Shown here: in pieces, positions 39,025-53,342 of the stretch
Layout of the letters: every line of letters starts with the position of its first letter
Numbering within the stretch: the stretch's first letter is position 1
Assembly: GCA_010093815.1 (NCBI GenBank)
Contig: ML996565.1
Source: Pseudovirgaria hyperparasitica
Lineage: Eukaryota
Strand: one strand, 5' to 3'
Length of the DNA: 64,000 bases
Made by a program: the position numbers and the translations under genes
The notes under the pieces: model-generated
What the model saw: the letters and a program-made list of their open reading frames with translations, nothing else
Told to the model about the DNA's origin: nothing
Database searches by the model: none

Positions 39025-40342
39025 ATGACTCCCAAGATGACCATCGACCGAAACTTTACTCTCGCTTTGCCCAAGGTCGAGGTATGTGTGTGCTGCTCTC
39101 AACAATTTAAACGCCCCACTTCTTACACTGTCATTGTTGGTAGCTTCACGCTCACTTGACTGGCAGCATAAGCCGCCAGTGTCTGTACGAAATCTGGCAG
39201 ACCAGGCTATCCTTGGATCCCAACTTCACCCTGCAGAACCCTATTACCGCCATTTCAGGCAAAGTGGATTACGATCTGCATACGTAAGCTTCCAATTCCA
39301 GATCCTTCCATCTGAAACAGCACCGGCACGCAATAATGCCTCTCCGGTAATAATTTGACTGCAAGCCACTAGCACACATCATGACTTACTTCCCATATCC
39401 GTCATTCCGCTGACAATAGAAAGCTTTTTTCCACTGTTTTCTTCCTACATATACACATTATGTAGCGACAGGAGTAGCATTGAATATAGCACCAAAGCTG
39501 TGCTAGATGAGTTCGAAGCAGACGGCGTGGTATATCTGGAATTGAGGACTACTCCACGAGCGATTCCGAAAGAGAATATCTCCAAAGATGACTATGTGCA
39601 GCTGGTGTTACAGTGCATCAAAGCTCACAATTCAAGACCAGATTGCAAGATGACATCCAAACTAATCCTCTCCGTCGACCGTCGTTGGAACACCGTAGAT
39701 GCCGAAGAAGTCGTCAATCTAACCCAGAAATACCAGTCCTCTGGCGTCGTTGGTATCGACCTCTGCGGCGATCCTTCAAAGGGCGATATTTCACTGTTCA
39801 GAGCTCCATTCTGCCGTGCTAAAGACGCCGGTATCCCAATAACGCTCCACTTTGCTGAGTTCGACGGTACCTCCACAGACAAAGATCTCTCCGAACTCCT
39901 CAGCTGGGGACCGAGCAGGCTGGGTCACGTTGTGCACGTACATGATGATTTCAAAAGACAAATAGTTTCTCGCCAGATTGGTGTCGAGCTATGTCTAAGC
40001 TGCAACGTCCATGCAAAGATGATCGTTGGCTCGTACCCTGATCACCACTTTGGTTGGTGGAGGCAGCATCCAAATCTTGTGGCTCTCGGCGTAAGTTCCG
40101 GTCGGGTTCGACGCTCGTTCTTGGCTTGAATCCTGATCAGTTCACAGACTGATGATGTAGGCATCTTTTGCAGTCCACTGTCTGAAGAATATGCTCTGGC
40201 GGCACGTCACTTTGATCTCACAGTTTCAGATGTGAAGAGATTATGCGAGGGTGCAATCAGTCAGGCATTTGCGTCGGACGATGAGAAGCAGCGGCTAATG
40301 CTACAGCTGGATAGTTGGTTCACCGATCGAGGCTTGGCTTGA
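39025..40342 (+). CDS. Adenosine deaminase-like protein (ADAL/MAPDA family)
   Basis: LPKVE|LHAHLTGS, DGVVYLELRTTP, GIDLCGDP, TLHFAE, RLGH, ELCLSCN and G|TDDVGIF. Three introns. Confidence 0.92.
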
Positions 40343-40835
40343 CTGTCGCGGTGCCATCCAATCCTTGTGATATCAACTAAAGGTTTTACCATGAGATAGC
40401 TATCAGCCGGTTTCTCCTTCATGCTTCAAATAGGAGATAAAGCCATAGCCATCTCGGAGGCCATGCAAATCATCTCAAGTAGTTATACCGGACCTGAAGC
40501 ATACAAACCCGATATCGCCAAAGACCATTGCAAGTTATGTAGAAATTCAATAATCTTACATGACATTAGACTGGTTCTGAGAATATGGAATGCTTCCCTG
40601 TGTAGCCCACGTGACAGGGCACAGTAGCGCGGTTTTCTGTCGACGCGTTGAAGTGCTACGTCAGTGCTTAGGTAGCAATCCCTCGAAAACTCATTCTTAA
40701 CAATTTTTGGTTTCACTTGTATTCTCTTGTGCTTGGGCACCGCGTACCCCTCGTTTTGTACTCTTATGCAATTCACCTTTTTGGCGCAGCGTTGGTTTTC
40801 ATCTTATTCACCAAACAACTTCAAATTCGTATAAT

Positions 40836-42991
40836 ATGGCTACACGTTCATCACGCGCCAAAAAGCGCCAGGCCCGACTCAACTTCAGTTCTGCGCCCTC
40901 GTCCTCTCCTAAAGCTACGGAGCTACCAAGTGCAGTCAGACATCGTGCTGCAGCAGTGACCTACGACAGCTCTCCTCTCAAGAGAAAGCTTGCCGCACTT
41001 GACAGCGACGACGAAGAACAATCAAGTTTGTAGCAAGCTTCTGAATCTTAAGAAGCACTACTAAAACTTCAGTAGATCCTAATTTCGGTACTCTCCCTAC
41101 TCCTCCTTCACACTCAACGAGAGCTTCTAAACGAGCTCGTCGATCGCAAGCGAAGATCGATTTCTCAAAACATATTGGAACAAAGGTGTCGCGATCGCCT
41201 TCCCCATCAGCGCCGTCCATGAAGAGGAAAGTATCACAAGGGAAAGCTGCGAAGAAGTTCAGGCCTGCGAGTGGGATATTCGGCAAGAAGCCCGTGGTTG
41301 AGCTTTCAAGCAGCTCCGAGTGCGAGGAAGATATTATTAGGCCCCGAACTGCGACGCCGAAGAAGCAGACCCAAGTCACCACTAGGGGTTCCAGTCGGAA
41401 GGCGGCTATCGAGGCAGAGGATGATGAGGATGAAGACGAGGTACAAGCTCCGAGAAGTGCCAGACGTCTGAGACGGCCTACGTATGATGAGAGCAGCGAG
41501 CAATCAGGAGAGCAAGAGCTCGACGACGATGTTGATACAGGTGCTATCGGTGAGCCAGAAACTAGTGGCGATGAAACTATGAAATCATCACCAACATACA
41601 AACCAAAGCGAAAGCCCAGTAGGAAGGCTGACATGGGATTCATTAATGATGAAGAAACTGGCAAAGATAGCAAGGCAGCTCCACCTTCGTCTAGAATTCG
41701 AAAAGGAATAAAGAAGATGCTTGTTGAAGAGGAACATGAGGAAGAAAAGAGATCGAGCGCCGAGGAAGACGAGGATGAAGATGATGACGACAAGATTGAT
41801 GAGGATGAAAATGACGATGATGAAGATGACAAGATTATTTCTAGCCAAAGAAGACGATTGAGAATCCCAAATCGCATAAGAAACTCAGAAGAGCTAGAAG
41901 ACCTGAAAGAGGACCTTGAATTTCTCCAATCATCTCCCCCACCTGAATCAGCAGGCCGCTTGAGAAGCACGGGACCGAGAAAGCTGAATCCTCGCGAGAA
42001 AGCTTTAGAAGCTCTGAAACGTCGCCGCCTTGGCAATAACGCCCCAATCCCAGAAGAGTCGAACGAGGAGGAAGCTTCAAGCGCAGAAAATACTGCATCA
42101 GACGTTGGGCCTGAAGACTCAATTGCGGAAGAGGAAGAGGAAGAGCCAGAGAACTATGACGCAGAATTAGAAGGGTTTGTCCTCGAGGACGATGAAGCTA
42201 CGATCGGAATTCCCATCGACATGCCTGTGGCATTTAGCGCCCACGCCCGACTGAAACCGAAGCAATTGTTCAAATATGTGGTCGAGTGGATGGTCCACAA
42301 ACGGATCAATCCAGCATTCGAGATGAAAAATGAAATCTACCAACTTGCATTTAACCGTCTCGACGATGAAGCTCAAGGTTTGGGCGGCAGCAAGTACAAA
42401 TCATCTATTTGGAATCGTGACTTTATCATGGCGCTCAACGCGCGACCTAAAATCATTATCACAGACCTGGGTGGTGGTGCCGGTGGGATTGATCTCGGCG
42501 GATGTGAGGCATGCAACCGCAGCAGCCATGCCGCATCATTTGTCATTCGCTTTTCAGGAAAGCCGTACCACCGAAAGTCACTGGAAAATGTCGCGGATGA
42601 AACAGACTCGGATGACTCGAATTCAGACAAGGACGACGACGTCGAAAGAGATGCGAGAGGTAACCCGATACCGAACGAGAATCGGGCCTGGAACGTCGGA
42701 AGTTTCTGCAAAGGCAACGCTGAGATTGCGCATACCCTGGAACACTGGCGGTATCACCTAAACGAGTGGATCGTTGACTGGCTAAACTATGAGGGCTATT
42801 TGGCACCAGAGAAGATCGTGGCGAGAGACAAGTGGAGCATGAAGAAGAAGGGAAAGTATGCAGACAGAATCGTGGATGCGATGGCAGAGGCAACGCCGAA
42901 TGAGATTGAGCGTCTATATCACGACTTTAGGACACAGGTCAACGCAGCGAGAGACAACCAGCGTGGGTATCATAGTACCCGACGTCGATGA
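40836..42991 (+). CDS. DUF4211-containing protein (CCDC82-like), acidic/basic nuclear protein
   Basis: FKYVVEWMVHKRINP, SSIW..DF..AL.ARP, CEACNR, VGSFC and AH.LEHW. One intron at about 41026-41094. Confidence 0.82.
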
Positions 42992-45900
42992 CATGGATGG
43001 CGCTCGATGGATCTTTGTTGGTGAGTTTAGAGAGTGGTGTGCACTTGTTCGGCGTCCTGTTGGGTTTTGTTGGGTTGTTGTGTGGGAACGTTGTGATGCT
43101 GTGATTGATTGGGACTTGGACTTCTTCGTCTGTTGTCGGTCGACTCTTTACGATACCCCTTCCCTCCTTGGCATCACTGCCTTTGCACCCGCTAACGGAG
43201 AGAGAAATATGGCATGGCTTTTTGGTACATTTTACAAGCCTCGATAGTGGTTGACAACGGAACTTTTGGAATGCTTTTCCGCTGCTCACTCTTCCTGCCT
43301 TCTCTATCTCGCCTGTTTACGTGCCGTGCTGTGCCGATCATGATCACTTTCGCGCCTCTATGAGTCTGACTACTCCTCTGTTTGCTCTGCTCTGCTCTGC
43401 CCCTTCTTAAGTCGATAAACTGTCAAATTGTGCCATTCTCCTCCCTCCCCTTTCTCCCGATATTATCCATCCACCCCAAAAAGTTCAAAATCCAGTCCCT
43501 CCCCAGATCGAGTCCCACGTAGGCATACCTAATAACAGTTATACAACAAGAAAAAGAGAAAAAAACAACCTGACCACTGAGAATCTTTAATTGAAAAGAC
43601 CCCCCAAAATACAGAAGAGCACCAGTCCAGTCCAATCCAGTCCAAGCTGTCTACCTTTCGTCTATCAATTACCTTTTTGTCTTTCTCTATCTGACTACTT
43701 TCGTTTTTATCCCTTTTGAAAGCGAATACTGGTCGCGTGGCTCGAGTCTGCACCTGCGTTGTGATGTCCATGTCATCTCGTACGGGCTGCTTGAATATGG
43801 CGTTGAGGTTGAGAGTATACATACGTTTATGGTTTATGAGACGTGGAGGATGAGAAGGGTGGGGATGATAATGATGATGGTGCGACGAATGTAACAATTT
43901 CCCTTGATAGATCGAAGGAGGAGGAAGTGTAGTAGCGACAGTGATGACGGTAAGGAATAGTGCGGTATGTTGAGACGGCTGTTGATGTTGGCTGTTATGG
44001 GTTGAAGATCATAGACGAGTATTGCATGTTGAGGATGGGATGTATGTGTTTTTAAGAAGGGGGAGGGGGTTATTTGGAAGGTGTTGGAAAGGCATCGTAT
44101 ATTCCATTCGGGTTTGTTAGATCCTGTAACTCTATACCGCTCACGATCAGACATTACTCCACACAGCCAACAAAGCAACTCTATCTATACACATATAACA
44201 GAGCAACAGTAATGCGACCACACCCAACTCTCCCTCAAAATCCCACCTTCCTTCCATCCTGCCCCTCCGTTCCCATTATCTACATCAATCTGCAGGACAT
44301 CCCTCAAAGCCACGAGCACACGGCGGCCAATCACCATGATCGCCGAGAGATCAGTATACGAATTAATATCATCTATCAATCCAAGGCCCGTCCACGACGA
44401 GGTGAGATATTGCTGTATACCGGAGTATAGCCGCTAGAAATTTATACGGGATACTTGATCATTTTCCCTCTAGGAATTCAACACGACGTTAAGACCTACC
44501 TCGGATGAATCTCACTTAGAGGGAAGATGTGTAGGGGATGGGAACCATGTATGGATGGGGAGATCTTGTGGTATCTTAGTCGATGTTATGATGGTATGGT
44601 GTGATGTGAAGTAACATGATGCTAGGGCTCTCGCAAGGCAGAGGAGTGCCCGTAGTATAACGTAAGAAGTAGCTACATGTACTGACCTGAGGCCATATAG
44701 GCCGACGCAATACGACTCAATATGACTTGGTAGTCTGGGCAAATCTCTTGGATCAGATAAGTGCTAGGGTGTATGGCGTCGATGCAGTCAGTGTCGGATA
44801 TACACATACAAAGGCGTGTATCTCATGTATATCAATGCGATGGTGTTCCTGGGGACCTCAGAACCCTGTTTATGTAAGGAGTATCTCTGCCGTTGATGCG
44901 CGTTTTTACCACGGGGATTGAGTGCTCAGGATAGGTAAGGAGACGGGGTATGATGCATTGTTATGGGTGGTGTGACAATAGTTGATGTCTTCCTCGATGG
45001 CTCTTCGTAGCCTGTGGAAATATGAAGGTTGTGTCATGCGGATTGAAGGTAGGTATCGTCATATAGGTGTGAGAGGTGTAGAGTCAGCGTACGAAACCCG
45101 TCCAGAGCTACCAAGATTTGATACAGAAGATGGGGTTCATGTAGAGCGAAGGATATTGTCATGGAGAACGGACCTGTTCAAGCTTAGAATAGGGGTGTTA
45201 GAAGCATTTCAATACGTGAAACTGCGAGTCGTGTTTCCTGACAAGAAAACGAAGGATCTTACGTAGAACCGTTGGTTATTGTTTTAAGTACGACTAGCTA
45301 TGTTGAGCGTGATACTTTGTTTCGAAGATGCCGTAAAGAACTTCGATGCCGAAGGGCTATATGTACCGTAATCCAATAGCACTCGTCGTGTATGTTGCAG
45401 AGCCACTATGATTGCGAAATATGTCTGCGTTGGCGGGAAAAGTAAACCCAGCTGGGCTATTGTTCCAGCTGTGCATTCCAACGGGCAATAGATCATGCCC
45501 GTAGATCTTCTCGCTCGTATGCTCTCATTACCGATAGGTCATTCCTGTTTGTCCACTGCGCGAGAAAGCAACGAGACCATGCTGATCTTCTCAAATATGA
45601 CAAGTTGTTGCCTATCCCTTCTAAAAGTATCTCAACTAGTGAAGGCCATTCCCCGTCGGCCGCGTTTGCTATCGCAGACATGTGATGTTGTTGTACGTCA
45701 CATTGCAAGGACTCTTTGCTGTCATTATTGTTGATGAATCGATGACTGTGCCGCTTAGCACCGACTAGATCCACGGCATTGATGGTCGGTATAAGAAGCA
45801 CACATATCGTCGGAGATGGCGTTCTTCACTACAGACCAACGACACTCACTAGCTGGCCTTGACACCGTTGGTGGCAATTAGTATTCTCACTGAGCGGGGA

Positions 45901-48900
45901 AGCCCTGCGTCAATACCCTCTTTTCGGTTTCAGAGCTCCAGAAGGTCAGTGTTGATAGCGAGTCCAAGCTAGCTGACAAAAGGTAGGAATATGGATTGGC
46001 GTCGAAACGAACCGACATCGTCTCTGACATCAGGTGTATGTGATGTGTTTGGAAATGATTTGATATGTAGTTGTTCCTGGCGCTGTGACCTGGCCGATGG
46101 ATCGATTTGGCCGGGATGATCCGTGATCGCCTAAGCTTAATCTCAGTCTCCTTTGCACATGGACTTTGATGGATTCGATGTGTTTCGAACTAAGTATCTG
46201 TGGCGTTTGATGAGTTGTCAACAGTGCACGGTAACTAGAACCATGTACGTGAGTAATGAGATGATGAATAACACCAGTCGTATGCACCCTCCTAGATTCT
46301 ACCACAATGCAAAACCTGCTATGATCGAGTCTTGAATAGACGTGGCTGTGATGTTTTATGACTTCAAAATGTCAATTGTCTGATAGGTCTGTAATGAATG
46401 GTCGTGTGCACAGCCTCTTGTTTCAACCACAGCAGAGAGGGCCTGGACCACGACAAAACATTGCTGATTGTTACGGGCGAGCACGTAGCATAGCATCCTT
46501 GTATTCCAGGATTCTGCTCCTTGTACTTCTCGGCAGTCTACTGCTCATGGCCGTACTATCACCTCCCGAAATGTTCGGCACTAAGAAAGGCCGATAGGAC
46601 GCCCATGAATGCCCATCTGGCTGAAGATTGTACTGCGTTTCTTGGATATGTGGCTGGATTTGTGGTCAGCAGACGTAAGGATTGGAATCCATGGCCTGTT
46701 GAAAGTAAGCCTTGCAAATCTTCTAGGAAGCTTGCTGCCCGAAAGCTCTCGTGATCTTGATAGAACAGCCTTGCAAGACAGCTTTCAGGTATGCGATGCG
46801 GACATAACGTTCGAACTAGCGATGATTGATTTGTGTTGTCTGGACTGGCCCGGACTCGCAACACAGGAAAGCCCAGTTACGCATGCGAACTTCGGATCTG
46901 GTGACCAGTAGCATTTCTTGTCGCGGGATCTGAGCTGGGTTGAGGGCGTTGGAAAGCGTGATCCAACCGTTGCCGCCCGCAATCCTTTCGATTTGTCGAT
47001 CATTGCTTACTTTTTAGAAAGGTGAATATAGCGGCAGGGGGCCACAGCTCGCTTCAGGCGCTTGCTACTGGAGGGGGGTCCTCTGCCTCCAAGATGAATG
47101 GACAGTCATGGATACTGTCTGCTTGCCAGGGTAATACGAAGCTGCACGATAACACGAGACTGTACAATAGCCTTCTCCATAAGCCCTGCTCATCTAGAGA
47201 AGAGGGATGCAGGTAGCGCGATCCTCACTTACTGAAATGCTATTCTACGCTCAATTCACACAAAGTCGCTTTCCGTGCTGATCGCAAGCAGAGCGACACA
47301 GATACAAGGCGTACATGACCACATTGGATCATGGCGAACACATCATGTGCGCCCATAATTAACCATGACGTGTAAATAACCAAAAGTATTTTCACGGATG
47401 ACGCGGTCAGGGAATAATAGCAAGCTCATCTTCCACGCAGAGTAGCGAAGCTGCACACTGCGCCGCGTGGACCGAGTGGGCCGGAGCCTTGAAAGGAGAA
47501 TGTATAGGCAGGATATAAATAGCACAGCAAGGGTGATCGATCATGGGTAATGCGGGTCTCTTCAACCAATGAGAAGCGACTGTTTCGGAGCATGCAACGA
47601 CGTTTCAGGTTCCAGAAGGAACTTTCGAAAATAATGTGAAACAGTCAAGTCGCACGGACCCCTGCATCTCCCAAAACTTTGTGCCCGTCCCTGTAACCAT
47701 GGACAGCGTGAGAGGCTATTCGTCTAGACCCTTCAAAACTCCGTGCCTGGCGGACAGCCATGGTGGAGCAATTTAGGAGGCACGGAAAACTGCAAGGAAG
47801 GGAGAAAATGTACAGCCTTTCGAAAGCAAAGACTGGTGGTGGGTCTGGGTCGGTGCAGGACCGTCTCGCGCGCCGAGGACCAATGACTGTATCGCGAGAT
47901 ACGGCGTTTCGGGAATGCGCTGTGTGACTTCATCATTTGCACCAGGCATAGCTCCACATCGATACGCGATGCCATGGCAGTGCCTGTTGGATGCCAGCAA
48001 AGGCCAGAGATAAACGTGTCATGCCATGCTGTTATTTTCCTTGGCTTCTTCAGAACATGGAACGAATATGACTAGTCGGCCCTTTCAAAGCATGGCAAAT
48101 CGTTTCCTCTTTTCCACTTGTAGGCAAGTGCATCACAGGGCATAGTTAGGGTAGCCGAACAAGGCAGACCAATTGATTGCAATGCATTATTTTTGCATCT
48201 CCGAAAGCAATACTCCTATATTGATGACTCTGCGCGCGAGTAGCGACGACGGAACGTGGATGTGGACATGCTCGGTGTGAGGGCGCGGCAAAGCTGATCT
48301 ATTTTTATCCGCAATGGCTCAGCGCACGCGCAAGGGGCACATCCACAGACTCGTTCTCTCACCATAGTTATTTGTACCAGTCAGAGCGTTCGTCGCAAAG
48401 CTGGGTAGGACGGAGTACAGTCTGGCATGTGAGAAGTCAGAGAGTGGTTATGAAGTGGAGTCATCAAACCTTGGAAATGATGCTGGCAGGGATGAGGATG
48501 CAGGCCAGGATTACGGGAGTAGAGCGAAGGCAGTACAGTGTAGAGCGTAGCGGTCAGACGACAGCGGAGGAGCAGAGTTTGCTGAGGTGCGTGAGTGTGA
48601 GTTTTGTGTCTGTGAGGCTGTGATTGAGCGAATCGGAGTGATTCTCGAGTGGTGAGAGGTGGAAGGGTGAAGCTGGGTACCTGTGTGTTGCCTGCTCCCT
48701 AGACGCAGGGCTAAGTTGAGCAGCGCTGGTCGCTTGCTTCAGCGGCTGCCTACACGGTATACCACAGCATAGTATTCGTAGCTTGCATACCACTTCTGCT
48801 GAGTAAGCTACGTCTCTCTTTCTCCATCCCTCCCCACTCACACAGATTGCACATTACACACTTCACACTTCACACATCACGTCTCACTTCCTGTTGATCA

Positions 48901-49686
48901 TTCCAACTCATCCACTCAAATTTCACATTCCACATTCCACCTTCCACACGCACACGGCCCGTTATAGGCACCCCTTTTCGGCTGGATAGCTTCTCCTACC
49001 ATCGTATCGGGTCCCCGCGCTCTTCACTGCTCGCATTTCCTGTCCGGATTTCCCTGGACCTGGACCTCTTCATTTCCCACGTTATTTCGGACTTTTTTTC
49101 GCTGTTTCGAAGCATTGCTTTGTCTCCGTCAACGTGGCACAACGCATTACGCAGCGTGCGTGAAGTCGTTTCAGAAACCCTCGCCCTCGACAGTGCATCA
49201 TACAATCAACCTTACGGTGGCAGCAACAGCATCAACATCAAGAACAACATCCACTGGCTACGGCACAGGCCAGCTGTCCTGCCACTCCATCCAACATTCC
49301 ATCGCGCCGTAACGCTGCATGACTGACGTTAGGCTCGATTTTAGCCGCCGTCCTACACGTGGTAGCCCCATCCCTGTGACGCTACTTCGCTGTCAAACGC
49401 TCGGCCAGGCACGTCCCACGACTATTTTGGGCCCCCTGCACTCCTCACAGACCTCAATTCGCTGCGCCTTCATACAGGCCTCTCCTTGCCTCCGCACCTC
49501 TCACTCTCAGTCGTACGCCGCATCACCCAAACAATCCATTCCCTTGGCCCCCTCCCCCTGCGCATCTCTATTCTGGTCCAAGCATTTCCGTATCCGCCTC
49601 CCTGGCCCACACTACTACTTCCATACCACTTCTACAAATACTTACTTAACCCCGGAAGTACTGTACTCTTTTCCTCTTCTTTCATC

Positions 49687-50568
49687 ATGTCAAGCGCCGC
49701 TCAAGACGAATTTAACGAACTCATCCGTGACAAAGACACATCACACAAACATCCCGAAGATCAGTCTGCCCTGTCCGACGACAGCTCTGACGACCAACCA
49801 CGAGAAACCTTCTACGAAAAGGACGACGAGGACAGCGAAGAAGAACGAGGCAGAGACAACATGGTCGGACGATACTACCTCCCATCGCTGCATTCAAATG
49901 CCAACACCGGCCCCAAAGGTGTCATTGCCGACGCTCAGGCGTACGAGCAAGCCAGGAAGGCCAGCCAGATGCGCTACAAGGACACCCCAACCGCGCTTCA
50001 TCCCGCCTACTCCAGTGAGAGCATCATCATCCAAGCCGAGGAGAAGAGCTCATTGGAAGAAGACGACGGGGAAGGCTTCATGGCGAAGTGGAGAGCGAAT
50101 CGCCTGAAAGACCTCCAGAATGCCGTCCGTCATACCTCAAGATCGCGGACCCGGAGTCCCACCAAGCGAGTTTACGGCAGTCTAGCGGCAGTCGACGCCA
50201 ATGGATACCTAGAGGCCATTGAGAAAGTGCCCGCCGACACCGTCGTTGTCGTACTAATCTATGATGATCTTGTAAGTTGTCCTACCTGCACGACGTATTA
50301 GAAAACTAACATGGCCAAGTCTGAGATCAGCAACATGGTTGAGAAATGTGTGCGAAAGCTCGCCCGGTCCCACGCCACCACAAGATTCGTTAAGCTCCAC
50401 TACCTCGACGCAGAATTCGAAGCTGCTGGTGTACCAGCAATTCTCGCATACCGTGGGGGAGAGAAGTTTTCCGATATGATTCCCATAATGGATGAACTTC
50501 CGGACGACGCCGACCTTAGCCCGGCTAGCTTAGAGCACGCCATGAAGAGTCGCCGCATATTATCATAG
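49687..50568 (+). CDS. phnA: Phosducin-like protein PhLP1 (G-beta-gamma assembly chaperone)
   Basis: MSSAAQDEFN, the G-beta-binding helix NTGPKGVIAD, and a thioredoxin-like C-terminal domain (RFVKL, VPAILAYRGGE). Intron at 50272-50319. Confidence 0.92.
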
Positions 50569-53342
50569 ACGTTTCCCTGCATGACATATTCCAGTCTTCT
50601 TCCACAACGCCATTCTACACCTTCAGACACGTAAATCCCGCCGTCTCGCGCATGCATTTCCTCTACCAAAATATCACCACCGCGTAACGATTCTCCTTTG
50701 TCTCGCCACATTCATATTGGCCGCAGAACCGCACATCGACTTAATATTTCACGCTATACCCACGGACGGTTATGTTAGCTTCGGGAACAGGTTGGCAGGC
50801 TTCGAAGATTGGCATATCTCGAACGGCGTTCTTGTACTATGTATTATATTACCTGCTATACTGTTTGTGCCACTCGGTGGGCACACTGAATACATCAGAC
50901 TGTTGCCATGGCTCGATCCATGGCTCAGACCTTGACCATCCACATTCATCCCGCTCACGACACGCAGCGTTTCCTCTAGTCCTTCCTACTCACGAGCAGC
51001 CGTCTAGTCACCCACAGCCTTACGCCCCACGCATGGTCAAACGGTCATACATCGTCTCTACTTTCCTCTTCTCAATCTTGTCTCGTCTCATCTCAACTCC
51101 CATGCCAACCCTGTCCTGCCACGCGAGCTGTGCATCTATGTATGTATGCCCTGCCAAGCCATGCACACCCCCACCTCTGCACGAACCTGAATTGTACATA
51201 TTTTGCATATAAGACACTCACTATCCCATATACGGAGGTCCACACCGGGACACGCGCACGCATGGGGGTTTTCTTTTCTTTTTTGGGCCTGGGTAGGTGA
51301 TCAGTAATAGTGGTCATGGTCGTAGATCATGGGTCATGGGTCGTTGATCGTGTTGGTGTTGGTGGTTGATGACGTGCAGGTCTCGCGTGGCGTCGTCCAC
51401 AAGGTTGGAATTATGTAGTGCGCCTGGATTGTGTGAGATTTAGATTTACCATGGCGCTGGGACTTTTTTGTTACCTATGCTTCTTCCAATGGTAGGTTAG
51501 CTTGCTCGGCCGCGCGGCGGAGACGGGAGCGAAGGAAACGTGGCGGCGGCGGAGGCGTGTTAGTGTTGTGATAGGATGGGGCAGGTAAGTATTGGGGGTG
51601 GGGGCTTTTATTGATATGGGAGATCTGGGGATGGGTATTATTAGGACTTGATCTTCGATGGATGAGTGATCAGATTGGGTTATGTTGGATGTGTTTGACG
51701 GAGTTAGGGATGTGAAAATGCGCTGTGTGCAATGAAATATGCTCCATACATGCACTTTAAGGGGAGCAATGGCGCGTGAATGGGTGAATGGATGTATGCG
51801 CAATGCGTACTATTCGTAGATCATACGAATATGGATGGCTTTCTATTAGATCTCGACATAGAGGCCTACACTGGTAATGTGTGTGCCAAGGGAAATTGGA
51901 GAGGGGGAAGCGATAGGGAGTGCATGCTGGGAATGAGTAGTCCTGTTGCCTGCTGTGATATTTGCCGTTGCAGACATATCTCTTAAGCACAGTCACACAC
52001 ATGTTCGTAGATGGATGGACGGAGGAGCTCGCTTAGAGAACGTGCATATGTATGTATATACGTGCTTCACGACGTGTTTGTGTGTATCTGTATCTAGTCA
52101 TCCATCGTGCGCTTATGCTAGCTACCATGCCATTCAGCCTGCCGTTTGCACACCAGTTAGTTCCTCGCCATGCCTCGTGCATATGTATGAAAACGTAAGT
52201 CCATCACTGCAAGACCATCACTGCTGACAGCAGGCGGGATCTATCCTACGGATGAATGATGGCGTTGTCTAGGACAGGCAAGAAAGACCGCCTTTCCAAA
52301 GGTCGATCTCAGATTCCAGGTTACATGTCAGATTCCAATCTAGATACCCAGACGCCCCCGCATACCATCAGCCCCATTCTCTCGTGTCCAGTATGCATGC
52401 ATACATGCATGTCTACGGCACATCCACGGCGCGGCACATATGCAGCGCCTGGCATCTGGCACAGTGTAATAGTACACACGTGGGGGCGCCTCTGATAGAG
52501 GTAGACATGGAGGCAGACGAAACATCCAATTCCTGCATTTGGGGCCTGTACAATACGCGTGCGGCGTCAGCACAGATATGCCTGTGCATATACGTCTTAT
52601 ACCATTGCAATGCAACTGCAGGCGTACGGCGTAGGCCATGCATATGTAATAGAATGGGCACAAGTGTGCGCGTCTAGTACATGCTTGAGTGGCGCGCGTA
52701 CAAATGGTGTTTGTGGAATCGATTTTTGTACGTTGTATGGAGATAGACCGATTGCTGTTTGCAGTGCGGCACGAATGTGGGTATTGGATACGGCGATTGG
52801 GCGGTGCTTGCACGGTTACGCCCTGGACTTCTGTCTTGTGGTGTCTGTATGGTGATGGGAAACCGTATGGCACAGCACCGTGTTGTCAATATTTTTTGGT
52901 TGCACTGGTGTGCCGGCAGACGGCGACAGTGTCATAGATAGCTCATGCGGCGTATGAACGTGCGTTAAGGGATGGTAGGTCGGTCTTTTCGTCGTGGTCT
53001 TTCATTCCTGAGTCTCATGTTCTGTTTTTTGCCTCCTATCTGGGCAGCAGTTGTTCCAGGCGCTGAGCGGCATGAGTCAAAGTGGAGTTCTGCCGTCAGA
53101 CTGATATGATAGCAGATGATCATGCAGTCTTTTCGAAAGGCGATGGTTCGGATGTTATAGTTGGAGTTTGTGGAGTGTGCTTTTCATCCGTCTTCTCAGC
53201 ATGCTTGGATTTACTTGAGAAGCGTCTCTACGGCGAAACTTGTGGCATCTTCTTTGCCACATTCCACCCCTTCGAGCGTCTTACCCAGACCTGAATTAAG
53301 CATGTTTTCGACTTGTTGTGACATCGGTTGCTCCACAGAGTC

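Noticed and set aside
39283..39423. Longer ADAL intron as a stwintron or snoRNA host
   Set aside because: No nested donor reconstitution and no C/D boxes were found.
48375..48470. Possible box C/D snoRNA on the minus strand (TGATGA..CTGA..CTGA)
   Set aside because: The C box is imperfect, the terminal stem is weak and I recognise no rRNA complementarity.
50570..53300. Many short Cys/His-rich ORFs
   Set aside because: They arise from TGCA/ATGT/CA-rich low-complexity non-coding sequence and show no coding signal.
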